DNA of 53,036 nt from an uncultured bacterium (GCA_964010765.1 CAXGMD010000013.1:1-53036), one strand, 5' to 3'. Shown: positions 39,318 to 48,825, counted from the first letter of the stretch. Numbers and translations: made by a program. The notes: generated from the letters alone by a model not told the origin.

Positions 39318-39490
39318 TCGTACGGTCCGGCCTGGCCTTCTTTCAATACTTGGTAGTTTTCATGCCCACAGCTCTGAAATGCCTGAAGACCCAGAACTTC
39401 TCGCTCTCCCTGAGGAAAATAGAGATCATGTTGGTTTGAGGAGCAACCTATCAGCAGAGATAGACTCAGTAACCACAACCAATTTTTCAT
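39281..39490 (-). CDS. small lipoprotein with two extra cysteines
   Basis: Lipobox LIGC; similar to 19706..19942. Confidence 0.75.
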   Translation of the reverse strand: MKNWLWLLSLSLLIGCSSNQHDLYFPQGEREVLGLQAFQSCGHENYQVLKEGQAGPYDHALIECGEHPR

Positions 39491-39694
39491 TCGACTCTTT
39501 CATTACAATTTTTCATCCAACCGTTCACTTCCAAAATCCAACAAATTTACGCCTCACAGCATTCAAAAGATTGTGAGAATCCTACCCAAAGGGTTTAGCA
39601 ATTGCTCGTGCTGTTTTTTACTTGCTCTGGCAAAACATGTTTGTTGAAAACATAGAACAAAAGCCCAACTTCAGTATTTTTAAGACATCTCATC

Positions 39695-40378
39695 ATGAAA
39701 CCCCTGTGCCATTTGTTCGCCTGTATATTTTTACTACTTTTTCTAGCTACTCCGCTCAATGCCCAAAATATTGATAATCGAACAACCACTAGTTGGATTG
39801 GATTTGGAAGTGTTGCGGGATCTTATGTTACGAAGAGCGGTAATAAGTCTATTGGCCTCACTGGCGATTCATTAGAAATCATGCTCTGGCAGGACATTGA
39901 GAGTTCGGGTTTTTTCGATGGATTACAACTTCTCCAATTGAAACTTGCAGGAACAGGAATTGATGGGAGCGGCATTTCGCATGAGCCTAAATTAGAGTTA
40001 CTTAATTTACAGTATCATCTCGGCTGGAATTGGGATCTATTCAACTTAGTGCACCTACAGTTCTTTGCATCCTACGGAATCGGTCAAACTCGATTCGGTG
40101 TTGCTCTCCAAAGAGGAACAGTGTGGTCCAACAAATTTGAAGAACAGCAGACATATTCCGATATGATCAGCTATGGCATAAATTTGATCTTTGAACTAAC
40201 TGATCGTCTGTGGTTTGGTTACTCAAGTGTCCGTCTACGGGATTCTCAATCAGTAGACTATGGCTACACACAGAGTACATTCGCACCCACAGATTACCAA
40301 TCCGTTCTTCTTGTCTATAAATGGGCAGCTCCTCATCAAAACCAAAGGGGTCAAGAGGTTACTTCGACAAACCGATGA
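39695..40378 (+). CDS. probable small outer-membrane beta-barrel protein
   Basis: Signal peptide (LNA); alternating aromatic/Gly strands (LQYHLGWNW, FFASYGIG, ISYGINLIFEL). Confidence 0.65.
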   Translation: MKPLCHLFACIFLLLFLATPLNAQNIDNRTTTSWIGFGSVAGSYVTKSGNKSIGLTGDSLEIMLWQDIESSGFFDGLQLLQLKLAGTGIDGSGISHEPKLELLNLQYHLGWNWDLFNLVHLQFFASYGIGQTRFGVALQRGTVWSNKFEEQQTYSDMISYGINLIFELTDRLWFGYSSVRLRDSQSVDYGYTQSTFAPTDYQSVLLVYKWAAPHQNQRGQEVTSTNR

Positions 40379-40606
40379 TGCTTTTTGCAAAATCAAACGA
40401 GAATGGTGGCTGATTGAAGTCGAACAAATCCATCAGCCTTTTGTACTCTCTCCAACTGTTCAAGCCGGAGCCGAACAGTTGTTCAAACAACTCACCAAAC
40501 AACTACAATAAAACTTTCGGGTAACATGTACGTTTCCCACTTGCCAGAAAATTTCTGATCGTTATTCTCAAGGGACTCATTTTAACCCATCATTCTTGAG
40601 GAGATC

Positions 40607-41575
40607 ATGCCGAACGCGATTCGTATTCACGAACAGGGAGGTCCGGAAGTCATGCGCTGGGAATCCGTCGATCTGCCTGAACTTGGTTCTGAAGAAATCC
40701 GCATTCGCCACACAGCCATTGGTCTGAACTTCATAGACACCTATCAGCGAAGCGGTCTCTATCCTCTCAACCCACCCTGTGGACTGGGTAAGGAAGCCGC
40801 CGGTGTTGTGGAAGAAGTTGGTAGTGCAGTCAAGGAATTCAAGAAAGGAGACCGGGTTGTTTATGTTGGTGGGACCAGCGCTTATAGTGAAGTCTCCCAG
40901 ATTGCAGCCAACCTGGTGGTTCCCATTCCAGATGACGTAGAAGATGAAGTCGCCGCAGCCTCCATGCTCAAAGGGATGACCGCAGAATACCTGCTACGTC
41001 GTATCGGAAGAGTGCAGGCAGATGATGTGATTCTCTTTCACGCTGCTGCTGGAGGGACTGGACTGATTGCGTGTCAGTGGGCAAAAGCTTTGGGTTGCAC
41101 AGTAATTGGTACGGTCAGTTCACCTGCCAAGGAATCTTTGGCTCGAGACAACGGATGTGACTTCGTGATCAATTATGAGCAAGAAAACTTCTTGGATCAG
41201 GTGATGGAAATCACCAATGGGAAGGGTGTTCGGTTGGTCTATGATTCAGTCGGGCGCGACACTTTCGAGGGGACGATCGGCTGTCTGAGTCCAAGAGGTT
41301 TGTTCGTGAGCTTTGGTCAATCTTCTGGACCAGTGCCTCCAGTGGATCTGCGAGTCTTCAATCCAAAGAGTTTGTTCTACACACGTCCAACACTCTTTTC
41401 CTATGTTGCTACTCGTGCGGAATTGCTCGACAGTTCCCAGGCACTGTTTGGAGCTATCGGTAGTGGGAAGGTCAAGATTTCAATCAATCAACGTTATCCT
41501 TTACGTGAAGTTGCGCAGGCTCACGCTGATCTCGAAGGCCGCAGAACAACAGGATCTACTGTTCTGATTCCCTGA
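40607..41575 (+). CDS. qor: NADPH:quinone oxidoreductase (zeta-crystallin type)
   Basis: GGPEV, AIGLNFIDTYQRSGLYP, HAAAGGTG, YDSVGRDTF, RRTTGSTVLIP. Confidence 0.95.
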   Translation: MPNAIRIHEQGGPEVMRWESVDLPELGSEEIRIRHTAIGLNFIDTYQRSGLYPLNPPCGLGKEAAGVVEEVGSAVKEFKKGDRVVYVGGTSAYSEVSQIAANLVVPIPDDVEDEVAAASMLKGMTAEYLLRRIGRVQADDVILFHAAAGGTGLIACQWAKALGCTVIGTVSSPAKESLARDNGCDFVINYEQENFLDQVMEITNGKGVRLVYDSVGRDTFEGTIGCLSPRGLFVSFGQSSGPVPPVDLRVFNPKSLFYTRPTLFSYVATRAELLDSSQALFGAIGSGKVKISINQRYPLREVAQAHADLEGRRTTGSTVLIP

Positions 41576-41589
41576 CAAAATCTTCATAA

Positions 41590-41626
41590 AAGCTATGGGT
41601 GCTCATTCGAGAGGAATCCATAGCTT
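41590..41626. terminator. probable bidirectional terminator between convergent qor and trpD
   Basis: AAGCTATGG...CCATAGCTT inverted repeat. Confidence 0.55.
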
Positions 41627-42638
41627 ATGCTGCCCGATTGGTGAACTCGACTAGTTCTTCCAAGCGTTGCCAAGCCTTGCCAGAGTCTACCAGTTGGGCT
41701 GCCTGCTCCACACCATCCCTCAGGTTCTCTACCTTTCCTGCGACTACTAGAGCGCCTGCAGCATTGTAAAGAGCAACATGTCGTGGGGTGCCCTGATTTT
41801 TGCCTTGGAGAATCTTTCGGATCATTTGGGCACTCTCTTCTGGACTGTCAATGCGCATCTCTTCCAAATTGCCTTTCGGCAGTCCCACCTCTTCAGGCTC
41901 CAGTTGATACAGTTCGACCTTACCGTCTCGAAGCTCTGCAACATGGGTTTTGGCTGTTGTGGTTAATTCACAGAGACCGTCTGCACCGTGAACCACCAGC
42001 GCGCGCTCTGCACCAAGTTCCGCAAGCACCTGAGCAATTCGAAAAGTCCATTCTACGTTGGGTACACCCACCAGCTGGCGCTGAGCTTGAGCCGGATTGG
42101 TCAATGGTCCAAGAATGTTGAAAACGGTTGGGATTCCTAGCTCTCGACGAATTGGCCCCGCAAATCGCATTGCAGGATGGTGCTTAATCGCATAACAGAA
42201 GCAGAGTTGTAATTCCTGTAGGCAAGCCTCAACTTGCGAAAGATCCAAATCAATATTTACTCCTAGTGCCTGTAAGGCTTCTGCACTACCACTACGTCGC
42301 GTGTTGCTCCGATTTCCGTGCTTGGCCACAACAGCTCCTCCGGCAGCGGCGATCAACGCAGCGCAGGTGGAGATATTGAAGGTACTGATACCATTGCCTC
42401 CGGTACTACAAGTATCAATTGCATCACTTGGAGCCTGGATCTTCTCGGAGCGCTCTCGCATAGCGTGGGCTGCACCGACAATCTCATCAATCGTTGCTCC
42501 TTTGGCCTGGAGCAGGGCAAGTAACGCAGCTGCCTGTGTAGGAAACGCTTCTTCACTCATGACCCAGAGAATCATCTCCCGAGCCTCTTCGCGGCTCAGA
42601 TTCCTTCGTTCAAGCAACTTAGCTAGCAGTTCTTTCAT
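41625..42638 (-). CDS. trpD: anthranilate phosphoribosyltransferase
   Basis: DTCSTGG, TFNIST, VAKHGNRS, HHPAM, FNILGPLTNPA. Confidence 0.96.
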   Translation of the reverse strand: MKELLAKLLERRNLSREEAREMILWVMSEEAFPTQAAALLALLQAKGATIDEIVGAAHAMRERSEKIQAPSDAIDTCSTGGNGISTFNISTCAALIAAAGGAVVAKHGNRSNTRRSGSAEALQALGVNIDLDLSQVEACLQELQLCFCYAIKHHPAMRFAGPIRRELGIPTVFNILGPLTNPAQAQRQLVGVPNVEWTFRIAQVLAELGAERALVVHGADGLCELTTTAKTHVAELRDGKVELYQLEPEEVGLPKGNLEEMRIDSPEESAQMIRKILQGKNQGTPRHVALYNAAGALVVAGKVENLRDGVEQAAQLVDSGKAWQRLEELVEFTNRAA

Positions 42639-42656
42639 CGACAGGGCTCCGCAAAC

Positions 42657-43595
42657 TCAGGGAAACGGTTGAGGTTTTTTCGGGAAAGTGGTGGGCCCCA
42701 CAGAGAGCCCAACCGGGTTGGGTAATTGTCTTGGAATGGTAGTTAAAACTGGAATTTCAATAACTTCTTCCTCCTGATACTGCAACCACTGCTCGTAGAG
42801 CATGGCTGCTTCGTTCAGGTTGTTTGGATCCTTGCGTTCCAATTGATCCAACATCGAAGGATTCTCGGTCAATAAGAAGTCTTCTTCTACTTCCTGCACC
42901 GTTGACGTTGATGGCTTCTTCGCCGGGACCGTTTCCGGCATCAGCGCCATAATCCGCAGGTTGCGCTTCAACCGTTCCCAAGCTTTGTACAATCCTCTGG
43001 GAATTGCTTGCCAAGGCAACCCATGCGCTAGTCCAAAAGCGGCAACAGTCAGCAATGCAAGACCTCGAAGGATTGGCAGGAAAGGCAGAGCAGTGTAGAT
43101 ACGCACACTCAGGTAGAAACAGACCGCACCAATTACTGCGGCGGCTTCTTGGTGAGGCAGATGCTGCAAGAGCCACTGTGAACCCAATAACCCGAGATAA
43201 CCGTAACTCCAGAGACCTTGAAATGGGACGGTGTTGTGTTCCAGTGTCAACACCAACACATGCAAAATGGAAAGGAGCCAGCAGAGCAACAGGGCATGAT
43301 ACCATCCGCTGAGCAGAGAAAAGCAATGCCAATGTGGTCTGCTCAGGGGGATTAGAAACCAGAACAGTAAGGGAGCCGGTGGGCCAAAGATTTCCAGCAG
43401 CGACCCCCCAATCAGTGCACCTGGCAACCCTAACCAGTTGTGTATTCCCTCCGGTGGTGTCAGTGGGCTAAATACCGTAGGATCGACGAATTCAGCTGTC
43501 GCCAAAGCTACGCCACCGAGCAGCGCCAGTACGAGGAAAAACCAGTCAGATCGCCAACGTAAGCGTGGCGACGCTTCCAAATTGATCGTATCCAC
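42657..43595 (-). CDS. membrane protein with an FtsK 4TM-like domain and no motor domain
   Basis: DP...HNWLGLPGALIGGSLLEIFG and GYLG motifs typical of the FtsK N-terminus, then an acidic/Pro tail; no Walker A. Confidence 0.65.
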   Translation of the reverse strand: MDTINLEASPRLRWRSDWFFLVLALLGGVALATAEFVDPTVFSPLTPPEGIHNWLGLPGALIGGSLLEIFGPPAPLLFWFLIPLSRPHWHCFSLLSGWYHALLLCWLLSILHVLVLTLEHNTVPFQGLWSYGYLGLLGSQWLLQHLPHQEAAAVIGAVCFYLSVRIYTALPFLPILRGLALLTVAAFGLAHGLPWQAIPRGLYKAWERLKRNLRIMALMPETVPAKKPSTSTVQEVEEDFLLTENPSMLDQLERKDPNNLNEAAMLYEQWLQYQEEEVIEIPVLTTIPRQLPNPVGLSVGPTTFPKKPQPFP

Positions 43596-43646
43596 TGCGA
43601 AAATCCTTTCCTAACATCCCACCTATCCTAGGTGAGGAATCCACAA

Positions 43647-44165
43647 TTACTTGGCAGGTAGCAGTCCCTGGTTTCTCAGAATCGCATAGATCTGTTCTGC
43701 TACCGGAGGAATGACATAGGAATCAATCCGTTCTCCCAGCAAAGCCACTTCCCTCACCAGCGTGGAACTAACTACAAAAAGATCTGGCCGACCGAACAGG
43801 CAGAAGGTTTCCAGTTGAGGGTCAATCCCCAAATTCCCAATCGCCTGCTGCAGTTCTCCATGAAAATCGTTTGTACTGCGTAATCCCTTGATGAGCACAC
43901 TCGCGCCTTTACTCTGCGCATAGCGCACAGTGGGACCCTGGTAGGCATCAACACTCACGTTCCCCAAGCCAGGCAGATGATCCACATATGCCTGCATCAT
44001 CTCCTTGCGTTCTTCCTGAGTGAAGAGATATTCCTTCTCTGGATTCACGGCAGCCGCCCAGTAGACGTGCTCAAAATGCCGGGCAGCACGCGTCACGATA
44101 TCAGCGTGCCCGAGGGTCGGAGGATTAGAACTGGTCGGGTAAATAGCCACACGGGTTGGGGCCAT
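43647..44165 (-). CDS. coaD: phosphopantetheine adenylyltransferase
   Basis: AIYPTSSNPPTLGHADI, NPEK, KGLRSTNDF, VSSTLVREVA. Confidence 0.93.
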   Translation of the reverse strand: MAPTRVAIYPTSSNPPTLGHADIVTRAARHFEHVYWAAAVNPEKEYLFTQEERKEMMQAYVDHLPGLGNVSVDAYQGPTVRYAQSKGASVLIKGLRSTNDFHGELQQAIGNLGIDPQLETFCLFGRPDLFVVSSTLVREVALLGERIDSYVIPPVAEQIYAILRNQGLLPAK

Positions 44166-44198
44166 GGAGCGCTTCTCCAAAGAACAAGGAAACGGGAA

Positions 44199-46886
44199 TC
44201 ACTGCAGGCGCTGCTGCAACGCATGCAGCAGATTTAGTGCCTCCAGCGGGGTGGTTTGGGATAAATTGAGCGCTCGTAATTCCTCAACTAACCAGGAATC
44301 TTCAGCAAACAATGAAAGTTGCAGTTGGGAGCCGTTGACAGATTCTTGCGTTGCGGCTTCCTGATGCACAATTGGATGATCATACACGGGCGAAACCTCT
44401 TGCACCACATGCCCCAAAGTATGGGCCTGCTCAAGAGTCTGCAAAATCTGCTGGGCCCGCTGAATGACCAAGGGTGGCAAGCCAGCCAGCCGAGCAACCT
44501 GCACTCCGTAGCTCTTGTCAGCTTCTCCCGGACTAATCCTGCGTAAAAAGACAATGCGATCACCATCTTCCTCTATGCGTACGCTTGCATTCACAACTCC
44601 GGCCAATTGCTGCGCCAGTTCTGTGAGTTCATGATAGTGCGTTGCGCAAAGTGTCAGTGAGCCCAATTCGTGGAGATGTTCGACAATCGCCCAGGCGATG
44701 CTGATGCCGTCAAAGGTGCTCGTGCCACGTCCAATCTCATCCAATACGATCAGGCTATTTTCTGAGGCATTGTTGAGAATTGCTGCTGCCTCGTTCATTT
44801 CCACCATGAAGGTACTCTGCCCCTGACTAAGGTTGTCAGAAGCCCCAACTCTGGTAAATACTCGATCTACTAGCGTCATTTCAGCAGAAGCAGCTGCTAC
44901 AAAACAGCCAGTTTGGGCCATCAACACGTTCAGAGCAACCTGACGCATAAACGTCGACTTACCAGCCATGTTGGGGCCGGTAATCAGCAGAACCTGTCGC
45001 TTTTCTTCCTCCAAGTCAATGTCATTCGGAACGAAAGGTTCGCCCAGATCCAGTTGCTCAATCACTGGATGCCGAGACGCTTGCAAGCAAAGTTGTCTTG
45101 AATGTCCAGTTTCCAGTAAGCGAGGCCGAACATAGTTAGCTGCCAAGGCCAGTTCGGCCCATCCAGACAGAACATCTAAAATGGCTAATTTGCGAGCACT
45201 TTCCTGAAGGCGTCCAAGTTGTTGAAGAACCTCCTGCCTTAGTTCCGCAAACAGCGCTTGCTCCAACTCCACACTACGTTCTTCTGCGCTAAGAATTTTC
45301 TCTTCAAACTCCTTTAGTTCCTGCGTGATATAGCGTTCCCCATTGGTCAGAGTCTGCTTGCGAAGATAATGGCCAGGAACCCGATTCTTGTGAGCATTGC
45401 TGACTTCCAAATAGTAGCCAAACACCTTGTTGAAGCCCAGTTTAAGGCTGGCAATACCACTTCGCTCCCGCTCCTGTTGCAGCATTCGATTGAGAAACTC
45501 TTTGGAATCTGTGGTCAAGAGTCGCAGATCATCCAACTCCTGTGACACTCCGTCAGCGATGTAACCGCCCTCTGCCAATTTCAGAGAAGGCTCTGGCAAC
45601 AACCGTTGTTCCAGCAGGGTGAGCAGGTCGTTCAGGGGATCAAAGGAAGCGCCCACCTCAACCAGTAATGGAGTAGACAAGGGTGCCAACAACTCCGGTA
45701 ACAATTGCAGCGGTTCCAACGAACTGCGCAAAGCGAGGAAGTCACTGATGCCTGCGACCGGCAAACTAATCCGTCCTGCAATTCTGGGTAGATCCTGGAC
45801 CTGAGACAACTGCTGACGCAGTTCCTGTCGCATTCGACCCTGCTTCTGGAACTCTTCAATCGCATCATAGCGAGCTTCCAGCGGTCCTTTGTCCAATAGT
45901 GGATAGCGCAGCCACTGTCGCAACTGGCGTGCTCCCATCGGAGTCACACATTGATTGAGCACATGAAAGAGTGTATGCCGCTTCTGTCCAGTGGGGGTTT
46001 CGAAGATCTCCAGGTTACGGATGGTTGTTTCATCCAGTGGCATTGTCTGACTGCGTCGTAACTGACGGATACTGGTTAGATGCGACAAGCTACACTGTTG
46101 TGTCTCACCCATATACTGTAGCAATGCTCCAGCAGCCCGAATGCCGCGCGCCAATTCCTCCACACCAAACCCAGCAAGGTTCAGGGTGCCAAAATGTTCG
46201 AGAAGTCGCTGACGTGACGTCTGTGTGTCAAAATCATAGGCTGAGCGAATGGTCACTGCCTGCTCCCCAACCTTCGGAAGTTGCTTCAGTAGCTCTAGGA
46301 CACTCTGCACAAACTCAGCTTCACCCTCGGTTCGAGCTTCTGGAAGCAACACCTCGCTTGGTTGTAGCTGACGCAAAAAGTCCAGGCACAACGAATTTTC
46401 ACTTTCTTCAAACTCCGTGATTTCCAGTTCACCCGTGGAAAGATCGGCCCTGGCTAGCCCAGTACCAGCAGGACGCGCCTGCCAAAGCAAGGCAACTAGG
46501 TAGTGGTTGTCGTCAGGGGGGAGAAGTTCTGGGGAAACCGTGGTTCCAGGTGTGACAATCCGGACAATTTCTCGATTGACCAAGCCCTTTGCTTTGGCCG
46601 GATCTTCGGTCTGCTCACAAATAGCGACCTTGTATCCAGCAGCGGTCAGACGATTGAGATAGCTCTCGTAGGCGCGATAGGGGACACCGCACATTGGAAT
46701 TGCCCCTTCCTGCTGCTTGTTCCGAGAAGTCAGCGCAATCTGGAGAATGGGCGCAGCCTTCACTGCATCATCTCCAAACATTTCGTAGAAGTCTCCCATG
46801 CGGAAGAAGAGGATCTTGTCCGGATGCTGCCGCTTGGCATCATGGAACTGGCGCATCATCGGGGTTTCACTGGCCGGCTGGGACAT
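44199..46886 (-). CDS. mutS: DNA mismatch repair protein MutS
   Basis: TPMMRQF, FFRMGDFYEMF, ITGPNMAGKSTFMRQ, STFMVEM, DEIGRGTST, SYGVQVARLAGLP. Real start ATG 46886. Confidence 0.98.
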   Translation of the reverse strand: MSQPASETPMMRQFHDAKRQHPDKILFFRMGDFYEMFGDDAVKAAPILQIALTSRNKQQEGAIPMCGVPYRAYESYLNRLTAAGYKVAICEQTEDPAKAKGLVNREIVRIVTPGTTVSPELLPPDDNHYLVALLWQARPAGTGLARADLSTGELEITEFEESENSLCLDFLRQLQPSEVLLPEARTEGEAEFVQSVLELLKQLPKVGEQAVTIRSAYDFDTQTSRQRLLEHFGTLNLAGFGVEELARGIRAAGALLQYMGETQQCSLSHLTSIRQLRRSQTMPLDETTIRNLEIFETPTGQKRHTLFHVLNQCVTPMGARQLRQWLRYPLLDKGPLEARYDAIEEFQKQGRMRQELRQQLSQVQDLPRIAGRISLPVAGISDFLALRSSLEPLQLLPELLAPLSTPLLVEVGASFDPLNDLLTLLEQRLLPEPSLKLAEGGYIADGVSQELDDLRLLTTDSKEFLNRMLQQERERSGIASLKLGFNKVFGYYLEVSNAHKNRVPGHYLRKQTLTNGERYITQELKEFEEKILSAEERSVELEQALFAELRQEVLQQLGRLQESARKLAILDVLSGWAELALAANYVRPRLLETGHSRQLCLQASRHPVIEQLDLGEPFVPNDIDLEEEKRQVLLITGPNMAGKSTFMRQVALNVLMAQTGCFVAAASAEMTLVDRVFTRVGASDNLSQGQSTFMVEMNEAAAILNNASENSLIVLDEIGRGTSTFDGISIAWAIVEHLHELGSLTLCATHYHELTELAQQLAGVVNASVRIEEDGDRIVFLRRISPGEADKSYGVQVARLAGLPPLVIQRAQQILQTLEQAHTLGHVVQEVSPVYDHPIVHQEAATQESVNGSQLQLSLFAEDSWLVEELRALNLSQTTPLEALNLLHALQQRLQ

Positions 46887-47031
46887 CGACAAATGAGGCT
46901 GGGGAGTGGCGTACAAGAGAGGCCCAAAGATTAGGTCAAAGTACGGAGGGTCAAAAAAGTTGCAAGCGAGAAACCTCTCGTCAACGGCGAGAATGGTAGT
47001 CAAATCAGGTGGATTGGCCCAGAAAAGAAAG

Positions 47032-47060
47032 TTGACATCCCCGTAAATTTTGCATAGTAT
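47032..47060 (+). promoter_or_regulatory. sigma70 promoter of the tRNA cluster
   Basis: TTGACA-17 bp-TAGTAT, A-rich upstream, GC-rich discriminator AGGCGGC. Confidence 0.8.
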
Positions 47061-47074
47061 AGGCGGCTTCCTTG

Positions 47075-47150
47075 GCTGGCTTAGCTCAGTTGGTAGAGCA
47101 GCTGATTTGTAATCAGCAGGTCGGGGGTTCGAATCCGTCAGCCAGCTCCA
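47075..47150 (+). tRNA. tRNA-Thr(TGT)
   Basis: Cloverleaf GCTGGCT...AGCCAGC, anticodon arm GCTGA-TTTGTAA-TCAGC, TTCGAAT, encoded CCA. Confidence 0.97.
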
Positions 47151-47163
47151 GGAATGATTATGT

Positions 47164-47248
47164 GGGGAGATTCCCGAGCGGTCAAAGGGGGCAGACTGTA
47201 AATCTGTTGGCTCAGCCTTCGAAGGTTCGAATCCTTCTCTCCCCACCA
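47164..47248 (+). tRNA. tRNA-Tyr(GTA)
   Basis: GGGGAGA...TCTCCCC-A-CCA, anticodon loop CTGTAAA, long variable arm. Confidence 0.97.
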
Positions 47249-47258
47249 CCAGCGATGG

Positions 47259-47333
47259 GCCCGGGTAGCTCAGTGGTAGAGCGTTTCCTTGGTAAGGAAA
47301 AGGTCGGCAGTTCAATCCTGCTCTCGGGCTCCA
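47259..47333 (+). tRNA. tRNA-Thr(GGT)
   Basis: GCCCGGG...CTCGGGC-T-CCA, anticodon arm TTTCC-TTGGTAA-GGAAA. Confidence 0.96.
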
Positions 47334-47358
47334 GTGACATTGAACCGTCACCTTGCAC

Positions 47359-47431
47359 AGGCCAGTAGCTCAGTTGGTAGAGCAGCGGATTCCAAATCCG
47401 CAGGTCGCAGGTTCGACCCCTGTCTGGCCTG
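47359..47431 (+). tRNA. tRNA-Trp(CCA), 3' CCA not encoded
   Basis: AGGCCAG...CTGGCCT-G, anticodon arm GCGGA-TTCCAAA-TCCGC. Confidence 0.96.
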
Positions 47432-47506
47432 CACAGCACCAAGCCACGATTCCCGCCCTGTCTCGGTTCTGGCAGACTCGTCATCACGTCCAATCCAAAC
47501 AAGGCC

Positions 47507-47695
47507 ATGTTCAATAGAATCCGGCAATTTTTTATTGACGTCCAAGCCGAATTTAAACGTATTCAATGGGCGACCCGCGAGCGCACAATCCGGCAAACTT
47601 CCATCGTGGTTCTGGTATCGCTGATCATCGCGATCTATCTGGGGGTGGCTGATCTTGGACTCTCCAACCTGATGCAACTCCTGATTTCTGGCTAA
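47507..47695 (+). CDS. secE: preprotein translocase subunit SecE
   Basis: EFKRIQWATR, single TM, between tRNA-Trp and nusG. Confidence 0.93.
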   Translation: MFNRIRQFFIDVQAEFKRIQWATRERTIRQTSIVVLVSLIIAIYLGVADLGLSNLMQLLISG

Positions 47696-47705
47696 GAGAT
47701 ATGCG

Positions 47706-48341
47706 ATGAACGATAGTGAACTGAATCCCGAAATTCCAATCATTCCACCTGAAACAGACGAAGCTGCTGAACCTGCACCTGTCGAGAACAGCCACTTCAA
47801 GTGGTACATTCTCCAGGCTCACACCGGTTATGAGAAGCGGGTCAAACTAACGATCGAAAAACAACTGGAGATCAAGGGACTTCAGCATTTGGTCGGAGAA
47901 ATCTTTATTCCTTCTGAAGAGGTCACTCGCAGCAAAGGTGGGAAGCAGCGTGTTGTCACGCAGAAGTATTTCCCAGGCTATCTGCTGCTGCACATGGACC
48001 TGCAGGAGGATCTTTGGCACCTGATCATCAAGACTAATCGGGTCACTGGTTTCGTGGGGCGCAAGCATCACGAAGAAAATCGCTATATTCCTCCGATACC
48101 GCTCAGTAATGAAGAACTGATGGCGATCAAGGAGCAGATCGACAGCGGTTTCCAGCAAGCCAGCGTGGAAGAAGAATTTGTGCGGGAGCAGAAGGTGATG
48201 ATCACCGAAGGTCCTTTCAGCAACTTCAGTGGTGTGATCGACGAGATCAGCCACGAACGTGGCAAGCTCAAGGTGCTTGTCAGTATTTTTGGCCGCCCAA
48301 CCCCTGTCGAAGTCGATTTCGACAAGGTGGTCAAGGCCTAA
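47706..48341 (+). CDS. nusG: transcription termination/antitermination factor NusG
   Basis: KWYILQAHTGYEKRV, FPGYLL, VTGFVG, KOW motif GPFSNFSG, VSIFGRPTPVE. Confidence 0.97.
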   Translation: MNDSELNPEIPIIPPETDEAAEPAPVENSHFKWYILQAHTGYEKRVKLTIEKQLEIKGLQHLVGEIFIPSEEVTRSKGGKQRVVTQKYFPGYLLLHMDLQEDLWHLIIKTNRVTGFVGRKHHEENRYIPPIPLSNEELMAIKEQIDSGFQQASVEEEFVREQKVMITEGPFSNFSGVIDEISHERGKLKVLVSIFGRPTPVEVDFDKVVKA

Positions 48342-48347
48342 ACAGTA

Positions 48348-48382
48348 GGAGTTGGGAGTTCTACCCAACGCTGACTACTCCA
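48348..48382 (+). promoter_or_regulatory. possible L1-binding leader of rplK-rplA
   Basis: GGAG...GGGAG...GA-CTACTCC stem with internal loop, just upstream of rplK. Confidence 0.35.
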
Positions 48383-48392
48383 ACAGGTTTTC

Positions 48393-48815
48393 ATGGCAAA
48401 AGAAGTCAAGGCCTTCATCAAGCTGCAAGTTGCTGCTGGAAAGGCCAACCCCTCGCCGCCAATTGGACCAGCTCTTGGCCAGCATGGCGTCAACATCATG
48501 GAGTTTTGCAAGGCATTCAATGCTCGCACGCAGGGACTCGACACGATCATTCCAGTCGTGATCACGGTCTACAAGGATCGCTCTTTCAGTTTCATCACAA
48601 AGACCCCGCCTGCCTCGGTCTTGATCAAGGAAACCCTCAAACTTGGCAAGGGTTCGGCTACGCCCAATACCGCTACGGTTGGAACCCTCTCACAAGCCCA
48701 GTTAGAGGAAATTGCCAAAACTAAATTACCAGACCTCAACTGCTACGATATTGAAGCTGCCAAAGCGATCATTGCTGGGACAGCTCGTAGCATGGGTGTG
48801 GCTATCGGCGATTAA
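48393..48815 (+). CDS. rplK: 50S ribosomal protein L11
   Basis: [41 protein letters not shown]. Confidence 0.99.
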   Translation: MAKEVKAFIKLQVAAGKANPSPPIGPALGQHGVNIMEFCKAFNARTQGLDTIIPVVITVYKDRSFSFITKTPPASVLIKETLKLGKGSATPNTATVGTLSQAQLEEIAKTKLPDLNCYDIEAAKAIIAGTARSMGVAIGD

Positions 48816-48825
48816 GGAGAGAACA

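Noticed and set aside
40375..40511. Possible frameshifted small gene after the beta-barrel (ATG 40375; ...EWWLIEVEQIHQPF... in another frame)
   Set aside because: It needs an assumed extra T in a T5 run and has no recognisable homology.
46887..47351. 155-aa N-terminal extension of MutS in the ORF track
   Set aside because: It is the antisense reading of the tRNA genes and their promoter; MutS homology begins at MSQPASETPMMRQ (46886).
47075..47431. tRNA genes as an integration site for a mobile element
   Set aside because: No integrase, no duplicated tRNA 3' end noticed, and core genes on both sides.
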